DNA of 64,000 nt. It comes from an uncultured delta proteobacterium. Lineage in GTDB: Bacteria > Myxococcota > Myxococcia > Myxococcales > Anaeromyxobacteraceae. Of this stretch, positions 11,106 to 21,484 are shown piece after piece. Positions within the stretch are counted from its first letter, which is position 1. Each line of letters starts with the position of its first letter. Location: contig CAWFDF010000004.1 of NCBI GenBank assembly GCA_963814585.1, forward strand, positions 583,107-647,106, written 5' to 3'. The position numbers and the translations under genes were made by a program. Below the pieces are notes generated by a model, which saw nothing but the letters and a program-made list of their open reading frames with translations, did not search any database and had not been told where the DNA came from.

Positions 11106-14033
11106 ATGGCCTCCGCGAACCGGGGGGGGACCGTGGGCGACCGGGACCGGAGCAGCCAGGCCGAGGAGACCGGCGGGACCGTCCAGCCCGGCGCGCTGAC
11201 CGGGCTGCTGGCGCAGCTGGCCGCGGCGCCCGGCGAGCCCGCCGGGATCGGCCACCGGCCCGGCGACGTGGTGGGCCGGTTCGAGCTGGTGCGCGAGGTG
11301 GGGCGGGGCGGCTTCGGCGTGGTCTTCGAGGCTCGCGACCGGGAGCTGGGGCGGAGCGTGGCCTTCAAGGCCATCCGGCCGGGCCGGACCGACGCGCTGC
11401 GGGAGGAGCGGCTGGTGAAGGAGGCCGAGGCCGCGGCCAGGCTCTCCCACCCCAACATCGTCACCCTCTTCGACCTGGGCCGCTCCGAGCGCGGCCCGTA
11501 CCTGGTCTTCGAGCTGCTCCGCGGCGAGGCGCTCTCGGCGCGGCTGGCACGCGGCCCGCTCCCGGTCGAGGAGGCGGTGCGGGTGGCCACCGAGGTGGCC
11601 CGGGCCCTGGCCTGCGCCCACGACCAGGGCGTGGTCCACCGCGACCTCAAGCCGGGCAACGTCTTCCTCTGCAGCGACGGCCCGGTGAAGGTGCTCGACT
11701 TCGGCCTGGCCCATGCCTTCGGCCGCCGCCGCGAATCGGGCGGCACGCCGGCGTACATGGCGCCAGAGCAGTGGCGGGGCGCCCCGGAGGACGAGCGGAC
11801 CGACGTCTTCGCCCTGGGCGTCCTGCTCTTCGAGCTTCTCTCCGGGACCCTTCCCTTCCCAGGCGACGACGGCGGGCGGGCCGCCACCTCGTCGCGGGCC
11901 GCGCCCGGGCTCGACGTGCCCGGCCGGCCGGAGCTGGGCGACCTCCTGGCCCGCATGCTGGCCAAGGACCCGGTGGAGCGCCCGCGTGACGGCGCCGAGG
12001 TGCTGGCGGCGCTGCAGGCGCTGGCAGGTGGCGCGCCGGCGCCGGCCGGCCCCGCCGGATCCAGGCGTCCAGTGAGGCGGCGGCGTCCCTGGACCCGCCT
12101 GCTCGCGGTGTCGATCGTCGGCCTGGCCCTGGGCGCCGTCGCGGCGCTGCTCGTCGGTCGCTGGCTCGCCCCGGGCCAATCCGGGGGCCGTCCGCTGGTC
12201 GCGGTCGCCGACATGGTCAACGCCACTGGGGACGGGGAGCTGGACGCGCTCTCCGGCCTGCTGGTCACGTCGCTGGAGCAGTCGCGGCGGATCGCCGTGC
12301 TGACGCGGAGCCGCCTGGCCGACCTGGCCGCCCAGGAGGGGAAGCCTGCCGACACGCGCATCGACGAGCGCCTGGGGCGTGAGCTGGGCCGGCAGGCCGG
12401 CGTCAAGGCGGTCCTGGTGGCGGCCGTGCACCGGCTGGGCGAGCTCTACACGGTGGAGCTGCGGGCGGTGGCGCCGGAGCGGGACGACTACCTCTTCACG
12501 CTCTCCGAGCGCGCCACCGGCAAGTCGGCGCTGCCGGAGCTGGTCGACCGGCTGGCCGGGCGGGCCCGGCTGGAGCTGGACGAGGGCGAGTCCGAGATCG
12601 CCAGCCACCGGATCCAGGTGGGCCAGGCGGTGACCGGGAGCCTGGAGGCCTACCAGCACTACTTCCGCGGCGTGGAGCTCTTCGAGGCCCACGACTTCGA
12701 CGGCGCCCTGGCCGCCTTCCGCCGCGCCCTGGCTGTCGACCCCGGCATGGCGCTGGCCCACGTCTGGCTGGCCTTCATGGCCAACTTCCACACGGCCGGC
12801 GGCGAGCAGGCCGGACCCCACCTCGAGGTGGCGGCGCGAGCGGCCAGCTCGCTCCCCGCCAAGGAGCGACGCTTCGTGGAGGCGCTGGTGGCGGGGGAGT
12901 CCGGCCACGATGCGGAGGCCGAGGTCGCGGTGCGACGCCTGGCCACCGACTTCCCGCAGGACAAGGTGGTCCTCTGGTTCGCCGGCCACTTCACCGTGGG
13001 TGCCGAGAAGGAGGCCTTCTACCGGCGGGCCCTGGCGCTCGACCCCGCCTATCCCTGGCCGCTCTACCAGCTCCTCTACGTGCTGCCGAGGTCGGGGCGG
13101 GCGGCGGAGGCGCTGGTGCTGGCCGAGCGGGCGGTGGCCCTCCGCCCCGGCTTCCCCACCTGGTTCAACCTGGGGCTGGCGCGCGGCCATGCCGGCGACC
13201 TCGAGGGGGCGCTGGCGGCGGCGCGGAAGGCGCAGAGCCTGGGCCCGCCTCGCTTCCAGGCCGCCGTCCTGGAGGCGCTCGCGCTCGCCTGCCTCGGACG
13301 ACCGGAGGCGGCGCTGGCGGTCATCGTTCCCTGGACGCGTGCCGAGGTACCGGAGTCGAGCCGCCACCCGGCCCTCACGGCGCGCGGCGTGGTCGAAGCG
13401 CTGGTCGGGCGCCGGGTCGAGGCCCAGCGGACGTTCGCCGCGGCCAACGCCATCCGCGGCGACGACTGGGGCCGCACCTTCCTGGTCCACGCCGCCGAGG
13501 TGGGAGGCGACACGGCCCGGGCGCGGCGCGCCGCCGAGGCGTGGCGCGACCCGTGGCGCAGCGAGGCCGGGTGGCTCGAGGGGCTCGGCCTGTCGGAGCG
13601 GGCGGCGGCGCTGGCCGCGAAGCTCCCCCCCGGCTCGGAGCCGGCGGTCTGGTACCGGGCGGCGGTGGCCGGGCGGGCCGGGCGGCGCGAGGAGGCCATC
13701 CGGCTGATGAAGGAGGCGCTGGCGCCGGCGCCCGAGGTCTCCGAGGCCTTCCTGCTCGGCAAGGCGCTGGCCGAGGACGGCCGCTGCCCGGAGGCGCTGC
13801 CCCAGCTGGACCGGGTGGCGCGGCAGTTCCCCTGGCCGTGGGCCCAGCAGACGGTCCTCGCCGTGCGCGTGCCGCTCTCGCACCTCGAGGCGGCCAGGTG
13901 CCTGGAGCGGCTGGGGCGGCCGGAGGAGGCCCGGGAGCGGCTGGCGCGGCTGCGGCGGCTCTGGGTCCACGCCGACGCCGACCTGCCCGCCCTGGCCGAG
14001 GTGTCGGCGCTCGAGGCCCGGCTGCGCCGCTGA
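11106..14033 (+). CDS. Membrane-anchored Ser/Thr protein kinase with extracytoplasmic TPR region
   Basis: GRGGFGVV, VAFK, HRDLKPGN, DFG, GTPAYMAPEQ, DVFALG; then a hydrophobic TM segment, a TolB-N/CsgG-like domain and helical TPR-like repeats. Confidence 0.9.
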   Translation: MASANRGGTVGDRDRSSQAEETGGTVQPGALTGLLAQLAAAPGEPAGIGHRPGDVVGRFELVREVGRGGFGVVFEARDRELGRSVAFKAIRPGRTDALREERLVKEAEAAARLSHPNIVTLFDLGRSERGPYLVFELLRGEALSARLARGPLPVEEAVRVATEVARALACAHDQGVVHRDLKPGNVFLCSDGPVKVLDFGLAHAFGRRRESGGTPAYMAPEQWRGAPEDERTDVFALGVLLFELLSGTLPFPGDDGGRAATSSRAAPGLDVPGRPELGDLLARMLAKDPVERPRDGAEVLAALQALAGGAPAPAGPAGSRRPVRRRRPWTRLLAVSIVGLALGAVAALLVGRWLAPGQSGGRPLVAVADMVNATGDGELDALSGLLVTSLEQSRRIAVLTRSRLADLAAQEGKPADTRIDERLGRELGRQAGVKAVLVAAVHRLGELYTVELRAVAPERDDYLFTLSERATGKSALPELVDRLAGRARLELDEGESEIASHRIQVGQAVTGSLEAYQHYFRGVELFEAHDFDGALAAFRRALAVDPGMALAHVWLAFMANFHTAGGEQAGPHLEVAARAASSLPAKERRFVEALVAGESGHDAEAEVAVRRLATDFPQDKVVLWFAGHFTVGAEKEAFYRRALALDPAYPWPLYQLLYVLPRSGRAAEALVLAERAVALRPGFPTWFNLGLARGHAGDLEGALAAARKAQSLGPPRFQAAVLEALALACLGRPEAALAVIVPWTRAEVPESSRHPALTARGVVEALVGRRVEAQRTFAAANAIRGDDWGRTFLVHAAEVGGDTARARRAAEAWRDPWRSEAGWLEGLGLSERAAALAAKLPPGSEPAVWYRAAVAGRAGRREEAIRLMKEALAPAPEVSEAFLLGKALAEDGRCPEALPQLDRVARQFPWPWAQQTVLAVRVPLSHLEAARCLERLGRPEEARERLARLRRLWVHADADLPALAEVSALEARLRR

Positions 14034-14065
14034 CGCCCCGGCTGGCGCCGCGGCGGTCCGCCCGA

Positions 14066-17000
14066 TCAGGGCGATGGCGCCGGCGCCAGCACCACGCTCC
14101 GGGCCTGCGCCGCGTCCACCTCGGCGGCGAAGGAGGCGAAGGCCGGGAAGTCGGCCGGGGGGATGCGCGCCAGCGGGACGTCCAGCCGCTCCTCACAGCG
14201 AAGCGCCCCGCCCTCGCTCCACTCGCGGCGCTGGTAGCGGCCGAACGGCGCGTCGATCCGCACGGGCGGGCCCGCGACCACGGCGAACCCCGCCGGCGGG
14301 ATCAGCGTGAGCGAGATCCGCTGCTCGATCTGCTCGTCGACGAGGAGCGGCGAGGTGCGGGAGGAGACCGTGGCGAACTGCCGGGCCAGCAGGGCCGGCG
14401 GCCCGAGCCACTCCAGCCGCAGCCCCGCGCCGGTGCCCCGCGCCACCGCCGGCGCCCGGCCCCGCCAGCGGACGGCGAGCGGCTGGTCGGGCGAGTCCAT
14501 GCCCTCGAGCTCCACGGCGCCGATCGAGAGCCCGGTCAGCGAGCCGGCGTGGAGCATCTCGATGGCCTGCAGCCGCTGGGCGCCGTCGATGCGCTCGAAC
14601 AGCTCCTTGGCGGCGGCGCCGACCACGCCCGCGAATCGCTCCACCCCGGTGAGCTCGGCCGAGCCGTCGGCGGCGAGCCGGATCAGGTACTCGCTCTCCC
14701 GCCCCTCCGGGATGGGCACCGAGGCGGGCGTGCGGGCGCGGGTCGGGTGCTCTCCCGGCCGCGGCAGGATCAGCGCCTCGCGATCGCGGAACCGCTCCTG
14801 CAGCGCGCCGAACGGGACCAGCCGGCTGGTGCCCTCCAGCCAGGCCGGACCGCCCGGGAGCGCGACCCGCAGCAGCAGCGCCGTCCAGCTCTCCTCCCGG
14901 CCGAAGCGGTACGGCTCCTGGTTGGCGTCGAAGGGGCTCACCAGGGCGAAGCGTGCTGGAACCCCCAGCTCCTCGAGCAGCGCCGCGGCGAGCACCAGGC
15001 GGCTCCCCCGGCCTCGCGAGAGGATGACGCTGGCCGGGGCGAGGTTCCGGTCGCCCGCGCTGGAGAGCCTTAGCCGGGTCTCCTCCCAGGCCGCCCGTGC
15101 CAGGACCTCCGGCGTGGCGCCGGCGCCGCAGCGGGCGCGGAGCCCGGCCGCCACCGCGCGCAGCTCGCCGGTCGAGCGGAGCAGTGCGGCCAGCGCGTCG
15201 GCCTGGCGCAGCTGCATCGCCTCGGTGCCCTCGCCCACGCCGGCCTGGACGAAGGGGAGCAGCTCGGGCGCGGGCGGCGAGTGCGGCTCGGCCTGCACCC
15301 GCGGCACGTTCCGCCGCTCCACCCGGAGCAGCTCCTGGCCGCCCGCCGTCACCACCGCCGGCGGCGGCACCAGCCGGTGCCCGTCGGCCTCGAGGCCGAA
15401 GCCGGCGGGCGCTCGGACCACGTAGCTCCCGAAGAAGACCCGCTCCCCGGGGACGGCCAGGTAGAACGGTGCGGCCGCGACCGGCGGGACCGGGCGCGGA
15501 GGCCGGTTGGACCGCAGGTACTCCAGCTCGAAGAGGTCGCCGGGCTCGATGCTGGAGAGCGAGTGGCTTCCCTTGGCGTCGCCGAGGTCGGGCTCCACCA
15601 CGCGGCCGTCGGCCTTGATGGTCCGGAGCCGGAGCAGCTGCGCGTCGTCGGGCGGCACCACCTCGCCGTAGCGGTCCACCGCCTGCTGATCGAGGAGCCG
15701 GACCACCTGGTGGACCCGCTCGGTGGAGGCGCCGCCAGCGTGGAACTCCACCGCCGCGGCGTCGAGGACCAGCACCGCCGAGCCGGTCTCCTTCGGCGAC
15801 GCCGCCCAGTACTCCCGGAGCACCGCCCCGGCATCGATGGCCAGGTCGTCGAGCACCTCGCGGCCGTCCTCGAGCGCCAGCAGGCGCCGCGTCACCAGGT
15901 CGGCGCCGTCGAGCCGGAGCGCCTCCTCGCGGGCCTTCCGGGCGCCGGCCCGGTCGCCTTCGAGGTCACCCAGGTCGGCCACCGCCCTGGCCAGCGACCC
16001 ATCCGACGGCCAGGCCACGCGGAGGGCCTCGAGGATCGCCAGGGCGCCGGGCGCATCGCCGGCAGCCCGTCGCGCCTGCGCCAGCCGCCTCCCGATCCGG
16101 GCCTCGGTGGGACGCGCCCTGAAGAGCGGCTCCAGCAGGTCGCGGGCCCCGGCCGCGTCGCCGCGCCAGAGCCGGTGCTGCGCCAGCCGCTCACTTCCGC
16201 CCGGACAGGCCTGTCCCGTCGCCACCAGCTGGTCGACGCGCGCCACCTCGTCGCGCCGGGTGGCGAGCTCGAGCAGCAGGGGGACGGCGCCGCACCGCGC
16301 CCCGGCCTCCAGCGCCCGCCCGGCGAGCACCTCGGCCACCTCGGCCTGGCCCCTCGCCTGGGCGACGCGGGCCCCGAGCGCCAGGGCCGGCCACCGCGCT
16401 CGCAGCGGCTCCGGGAGGCCGGCCAGCGCCCTCTCGGCGTCGTCGGCCCGCTCCATGGTGAGCAGCAGCCTGGCCAGCTCGAGCCGGGCCGGACCATCGC
16501 CCGGATCGGCGGCCAGCGCGAGCCGCAGCGCCTCCTCGGCCCGGCCGCGCCGCACCTGCTCGTCGAGCGTGGCGTCGGCGGCGTGGAGCCGGCCGCGGAG
16601 CGCCAGCAGCGGCGCCGAGCGCGGCGCCAGCGCCAGCCCGTCCTCGGCGAGCGCCTTGGCCACCTCGACGTCGTTGGTGGCGTCGCGGGCGGCCAGCTCG
16701 AACGCCCGGGGCTGGCCTCCGTCGGCGAGGGCGCCGGCCAGCTCGGCCGGCGACCATGCCGCGGCCGGGAATGGCCCGGGGCCGGCCGGGAGGAGCGCCC
16801 CGGGCGGACGTGGGCGGGCCAGCAGCCGCGCCGGCCGGCCGTCGGCCCGGGCCAGGCCCAGCATGAAGGTGGGCCCTCCGCCGTCGCGCACCACCTTGAC
16901 CAGGAGCTGGTGGGGCCCCGGCGCCAGCGTCACCGCCACGAAGCGCTGCCCGGCCTCGGTCCCGATCCAGCTCCGCCGCTCGGCCAGCGGGGCACCGTCG

Positions 17001-17686
17001 AGCCAGGCCCGCACCGATCCCCCGGAGCGGACCATGGCGAGGTGGGGGCCGCCCTCCAGCACCTCCAGGTCGGCGGCCAGGTAGAGGCAGGCTCCATCGA
17101 GGGGCTCACCGTCCAGCGAGACCTCGCCGGTGGGCGCCTCCAGCGGGCGGGTCGGCCGCGGCGGGCCCAGCAGCGGCCCGGGCACCGATCCAGGCAGCTC
17201 CCCCTGCTCGGGTGGGAAGGGGCGCTCGAAGTCGATGGCGGCGAGGGCCCCGAACGGCCCGGCCACCGACCAGCTGGTGACCGCGCCGTTCTCGGCGCGG
17301 AGCGTCACCAGCCGCTCCGCCTCGCCCAGCGACTCGGCGGCGGCGATCCTCGCCACCCGGGCCCGGTAGGCGGCCAGCCCCTCGAGCGGCGCACGCGGCC
17401 GCAGCCCGGCCAGCGCCGCCTCGACCAGCGGCGCCAGCTCCCCCGACTCGTGGGCCAGGCGCCCCAGCTCGCGCAGCGCCACCAGCGCCAGCGGGTGATC
17501 CGGGGCGGCCTCCACCAGCGCCGCCAGGTGCTCCACCGCCCGCTCCGGCTGCAGCGCCCGCTCGGCCTCCATGGCCGCCTCGAGCCGGTCCCAGGGCTGA
17601 TCGGAGCGCCCCGCCCCGGCCAGGCCGGCCGGCCCGGCACAGGCGGCGAGCAGGAGCAGCGCGGGCGCGAGCTCTCGGGAGGTCAT
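14066..17686 (-). CDS. TPR + DUF3857 / transglutaminase-like lipoprotein, catalytic triad degenerate
   Basis: Lipobox LAAC. Paralogous architecture to the upstream gene (W.VAGPF, TPRs, LRTIKADG, PGD.FELEY), but GRGSRLV replaces GDCKDK. ATGA overlap with the upstream stop. Confidence 0.72.
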   Translation of the reverse strand: MTSRELAPALLLLAACAGPAGLAGAGRSDQPWDRLEAAMEAERALQPERAVEHLAALVEAAPDHPLALVALRELGRLAHESGELAPLVEAALAGLRPRAPLEGLAAYRARVARIAAAESLGEAERLVTLRAENGAVTSWSVAGPFGALAAIDFERPFPPEQGELPGSVPGPLLGPPRPTRPLEAPTGEVSLDGEPLDGACLYLAADLEVLEGGPHLAMVRSGGSVRAWLDGAPLAERRSWIGTEAGQRFVAVTLAPGPHQLLVKVVRDGGGPTFMLGLARADGRPARLLARPRPPGALLPAGPGPFPAAAWSPAELAGALADGGQPRAFELAARDATNDVEVAKALAEDGLALAPRSAPLLALRGRLHAADATLDEQVRRGRAEEALRLALAADPGDGPARLELARLLLTMERADDAERALAGLPEPLRARWPALALGARVAQARGQAEVAEVLAGRALEAGARCGAVPLLLELATRRDEVARVDQLVATGQACPGGSERLAQHRLWRGDAAGARDLLEPLFRARPTEARIGRRLAQARRAAGDAPGALAILEALRVAWPSDGSLARAVADLGDLEGDRAGARKAREEALRLDGADLVTRRLLALEDGREVLDDLAIDAGAVLREYWAASPKETGSAVLVLDAAAVEFHAGGASTERVHQVVRLLDQQAVDRYGEVVPPDDAQLLRLRTIKADGRVVEPDLGDAKGSHSLSSIEPGDLFELEYLRSNRPPRPVPPVAAAPFYLAVPGERVFFGSYVVRAPAGFGLEADGHRLVPPPAVVTAGGQELLRVERRNVPRVQAEPHSPPAPELLPFVQAGVGEGTEAMQLRQADALAALLRSTGELRAVAAGLRARCGAGATPEVLARAAWEETRLRLSSAGDRNLAPASVILSRGRGSRLVLAAALLEELGVPARFALVSPFDANQEPYRFGREESWTALLLRVALPGGPAWLEGTSRLVPFGALQERFRDREALILPRPGEHPTRARTPASVPIPEGRESEYLIRLAADGSAELTGVERFAGVVGAAAKELFERIDGAQRLQAIEMLHAGSLTGLSIGAVELEGMDSPDQPLAVRWRGRAPAVARGTGAGLRLEWLGPPALLARQFATVSSRTSPLLVDEQIEQRISLTLIPPAGFAVVAGPPVRIDAPFGRYQRREWSEGGALRCEERLDVPLARIPPADFPAFASFAAEVDAAQARSVVLAPAPSP

Positions 17687-20600
17687 GGCTTTCCTCCCCT
17701 GGCGACACCCGGCGGGAGCCGGACCGTCACCCGCCGCGCCACCGCCCGATCCAGCGCGATGAGCTGGTCGCGGAAGACCGGGTAGTCCTCCGTCGGGACG
17801 GTGGCGCTCTTCCAGGTCACGTCGAGCTCCGAGATCACCGCGCCGGCCTCGGCCCGGTGGCGCAGCGACCAGGCCAGGTGGGGGCCGTCGGAGGCGGCAG
17901 GAGGGGGCAGCTCCAGCGCCTCGGCGCGCGGTGGCAGGGTGACGCGGTAGGCGGCGCGGCTGGTGGAGGGTTCCTCCAGCTGGAGCGGGTGACGCCGGAC
18001 CGAGAGGGTCGCCCACCCGTTGCTCATGCTGCGCGGCTCGCCGAACGGGCTGAAGGAGAGCGCGTCCCCCTCGAGGCGGGCGAAGCGCGGGATGCTGGCG
18101 GCGTAGCGCTGCCGGACCGGCTCCTCGAGCCGGGCCAGGTCCTCGAAGGCCACCTGATCGACCCGGAGCCCCGGGTAGAGCTGCCCCAGCGAGCGCTCCA
18201 GCGACGGCTTGCGGTCGGCCTCGGACTGGAAGGCGCGGCGCAGCGCCGCCGCCCGCGAGCCGGCCTGCAGGTAGGTGGCCTCCACCGTGGCCGAGCCGTC
18301 CGGCGCCAGCTGGAAGGCCATGGCCGACTCGGAGCGGTTCTCCTCCGGGCGGGCCAGCGGCAGCCGGCCGAAGGTGGGCGGCCCGGCCGGCTCGATGACC
18401 AGCACCGTGGCGCCGCGGTCCGGGCCGGGGATCTCGCCGGTGCCGGCGTGGTCGGCGGTGCCGTCGAGCCAGAGGCCCAGCGAGGGAACCCGGAGGATGG
18501 CGTGGTTGAAGACGGCCAGCGACGCGGGCGCCTCGGGGACGGCGCCGAGCTGGCTCATCCGCAGCAGCACCAGCCGCGAGTCGATGCCGACCGAGGCCAG
18601 CAGCGCGAGGGCGAGCGAGGCCTTGTCCTTGCAGTCGCCGAAGCGGCGCTCCAGGACCTGGTCCACGGCGTACGGCTTGTAGCCGTGGATGCCGAACTCG
18701 AGGGCCACGTAGCGGACCTGGGTGACCACGAAGGCGTGGATGGCGGCCACCACGGCGCGCCGCGCCCCCGGCTCGAGCGCCTCGCCACCGCCCGGCGGCA
18801 GCTCCGGCGGGAGGCCGCGCGCCCGCAGCGCCTCGGCGGCCAGGCCCCGCGCCAGCGCCTGGAGCTCCGCGCCGGCCCGCAGCTGGTCCTTCACCAGGCC
18901 CCAGTAGGTGCGGTTCACCTCGTCCCAGCTCGCGAAGGTGGAGACGTGGAGGTAGCGGAAGAGCTCGGCCCAGCCCGGCAGGCGCGGCTCGCCGGCGAAG
19001 CGGGGAATGCCGGTGGCGGTCCAGCGGTGCTCGGTGAGCCCCCCGGGGAGCGACCGCGCGGCGTGGGCCACGCCGCGCGGCTGGTTGGCGTGGACGGCCC
19101 GTCCCGCCGGCATGAGCAGCACGTAGTCGAGGCGGCGCCGCGCCGGACCGCCGTCGATGGGCGCGAGGTCGTTGAAGGAGTCGCCGAGCAGGTTGGCCTC
19201 GGCCACGTCGTCGAGCCGCCAGGCCACCTCCAGGACGTCGCCGGGCTGGAGCCCGGTGAAGGTGAGCGTGCGGACGTGGGTGTCGTAGTACATCCGGTAC
19301 CAGGGCTCGCTGGCGCTGGTCTCGCGGTCCTCCCAGGTCTCGATCACCGTCCCGTCGGGCTTGTGGATCCGCCCACGCTCGACCTTCAGCTCCTGCCGGC
19401 CGGGCGCGTAGGCGAGCGACTGCCGGCGCGCCTCGTCGACGCCGCGCGAGGTCACCACCTTGATGACGGTCTGCTGGAAGCGCGAGGAGAGGCCGCTCGG
19501 CTGCACCCGGACCACCTCCAGGTCGGCCAGCACCACCATATCGTCGCCCGGCTCGGCCTTCACCGGCTGGCGCGCCAGGGCCGCGGCGTCGGCGGCGTAG
19601 GGCGCCTCGAACGGCTCGCGAGCCGGCTCCAGGCCCCGCACCAGCTCCTTGAGCGCCGGCTGCTGGGGGCGCAGCTCGAGCGACCGGCGCAGGTCGGCCA
19701 GCGCCTCGCCGCGCCGCCCGGCCCGCAGCCGCGCCCGCCCTCGCCGCTCCCAGGCCTCGGCGTCCTCTCCGCAGATCCTCAGGGCCGTCCCGAACTGCGC
19801 CTCGGCCTCGGCGGCGCGCCCGTTGGCCGCCAGCAGGTCGGCCAGCCGCAGCCGCAGCTCCATGTCCCCGGGGTCGAGCCGGAGCGCCTCCTGGAGCAGC
19901 GTCGCCGCGCCCGCCGCGTCACCCAGCTGAAGGAGCAGGGCGGTGAGCTGGGCGCGTGGCGCCGGCAGGTCGAAGGCCAGCGCCACGGCCGACCGCAGCA
20001 GCCCCGCTGCCCGGCCCGGCTGGCCGTCCTCGCGCGCCGCCGAGGCCGCCGCCTCCAGCGCCGGCGCCGTGGCCGGCACCTGCTCGGCCAGCGCCAGCCG
20101 CTCCACCCGGGCGAGCGCCGTCTGCCCGGCCCGCTCGCGCGCGGCCGCCAGCGTGAGGCGCGCCTCCACCCAGCCGGGCGCCGCCGCCACCGCCCGCGCC
20201 CCCACCCGGACGGCCTCGTGGGGCCGATCCAGCCGCAGCAGCTCCTCGGCCAGCAGCCGCTGCACGCGCGGCTCGCCCGGCTCCAGGGCCTCGGCGGCGC
20301 GCAGCTGCGCCAGGCGGCGATTCCGGTCCTCCTCCTGGGCCGCCGCCGTGAGCCGGCCCTCCAGCCAGCGCGGCGCGACCTCCACCATCCGGCGAGCGAG
20401 CACCGCCGGCTCCAGCGAGCGCGGGTCGAAGGCACGCCGCAGGGCAAGCGCCGCCACCTCGGCGCGCAGCGCCTCGGCGTGCGCTCGGCGTGACGCCTGG
20501 CCGGCCCCTCCTGCCGACGCCGCCGCCAGCCGCGCCAGCCGCTCCACCAGCCCGGGGAGCGGGCGCGGGGCCGCGCCGGGCGGGGGCAGCCGCGGCAGCG

Positions 20601-21450
20601 ACTGCTGCACCGCCACCGGCGCTCTCACCAGGAGCGGGAGCCCGTCGCCGCGCGCGTCGGCGAGGCGCAGCGCGAAGCCCATCCACCCGGTGTCGTGAGC
20701 CACCTTCACCAGCAACCGGTTGGGCCCGGCCTTCAGCGACACCAGCGCGCCGTGCTGGTCGAGGCGGGCCGGGTGATCGAGCCGGTCCTCGAGGGCCAGC
20801 ACGCCGTTCACCCAGACCTTGCTGCGCCCGCTGGCCCCGAACCAGAGCCGGGCCGGCTGGTCGCGCGGGCTGTCGACCACGGCCAGCGCGTAGGCCGCCA
20901 CCTGCTCGGCGGGGCGCAGCACGGCCCCCAGCGCCACCTCGCCGTCCACCACCGCCTCGGCGGGGAGTGGACGCCAGCCCACCTCGCGCCCCTTCCCAGG
21001 GACCAGCGCCGCGAGATCGAGCTCCCGCTCGGGTGGATCGGCGCGATCGAGCGCGCTCTTCCCCTCGTCGTCGAACGGCCCGATCACCAGCCAGCCCGTC
21101 ACGGCTCCGAGCTTGCCGACCTGGGCCGCTGCCCGGTTCAGGTTGCCGCGGGCGCGCTCCTCCCTCGCCAGGCGGAGCCGCGCCAGCGACCGGATCTCGG
21201 CGTCCGCCCTGGGATCGTCGAGCAGCCTCGCCAGCGCCTGGAGGCCCCGGGTCCGGTCGGGGACCTGGTCGGCCAGCTCGCGAAGCTCGCCCAGCGCCAC
21301 CACGGCGCGGGGTCCGTGATCGCGGTCGAGCGCCGCGATGGCGGCGGCGTGGCGCTCGGCGGCGAGGTCGCGCCCCCGCGGCGCCGGGCCCTGGCCGGAC
21401 GGCGTGGGCGCCGCGAGCAGGGCGGCGAGCGCGAGCGCTGGGGCGATCAT
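17683..21450 (-). CDS. Secreted TPR + DUF3857 + transglutaminase-like protein
   Basis: Signal peptide, WLVIGPF beta domain, TPRs, LQPGDVLE (DUF3857), VRYVALEFG, catalytic GDCKDKA / FNHAI / WLDGT. Confidence 0.82.
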   Translation of the reverse strand: MIAPALALAALLAAPTPSGQGPAPRGRDLAAERHAAAIAALDRDHGPRAVVALGELRELADQVPDRTRGLQALARLLDDPRADAEIRSLARLRLAREERARGNLNRAAAQVGKLGAVTGWLVIGPFDDEGKSALDRADPPERELDLAALVPGKGREVGWRPLPAEAVVDGEVALGAVLRPAEQVAAYALAVVDSPRDQPARLWFGASGRSKVWVNGVLALEDRLDHPARLDQHGALVSLKAGPNRLLVKVAHDTGWMGFALRLADARGDGLPLLVRAPVAVQQSLPRLPPPGAAPRPLPGLVERLARLAAASAGGAGQASRRAHAEALRAEVAALALRRAFDPRSLEPAVLARRMVEVAPRWLEGRLTAAAQEEDRNRRLAQLRAAEALEPGEPRVQRLLAEELLRLDRPHEAVRVGARAVAAAPGWVEARLTLAAARERAGQTALARVERLALAEQVPATAPALEAAASAAREDGQPGRAAGLLRSAVALAFDLPAPRAQLTALLLQLGDAAGAATLLQEALRLDPGDMELRLRLADLLAANGRAAEAEAQFGTALRICGEDAEAWERRGRARLRAGRRGEALADLRRSLELRPQQPALKELVRGLEPAREPFEAPYAADAAALARQPVKAEPGDDMVVLADLEVVRVQPSGLSSRFQQTVIKVVTSRGVDEARRQSLAYAPGRQELKVERGRIHKPDGTVIETWEDRETSASEPWYRMYYDTHVRTLTFTGLQPGDVLEVAWRLDDVAEANLLGDSFNDLAPIDGGPARRRLDYVLLMPAGRAVHANQPRGVAHAARSLPGGLTEHRWTATGIPRFAGEPRLPGWAELFRYLHVSTFASWDEVNRTYWGLVKDQLRAGAELQALARGLAAEALRARGLPPELPPGGGEALEPGARRAVVAAIHAFVVTQVRYVALEFGIHGYKPYAVDQVLERRFGDCKDKASLALALLASVGIDSRLVLLRMSQLGAVPEAPASLAVFNHAILRVPSLGLWLDGTADHAGTGEIPGPDRGATVLVIEPAGPPTFGRLPLARPEENRSESAMAFQLAPDGSATVEATYLQAGSRAAALRRAFQSEADRKPSLERSLGQLYPGLRVDQVAFEDLARLEEPVRQRYAASIPRFARLEGDALSFSPFGEPRSMSNGWATLSVRRHPLQLEEPSTSRAAYRVTLPPRAEALELPPPAASDGPHLAWSLRHRAEAGAVISELDVTWKSATVPTEDYPVFRDQLIALDRAVARRVTVRLPPGVARGGKP

Positions 21451-21484
21451 CCTGCGCCTGGGACGGGCGCCGGGGGGCGCGGCA

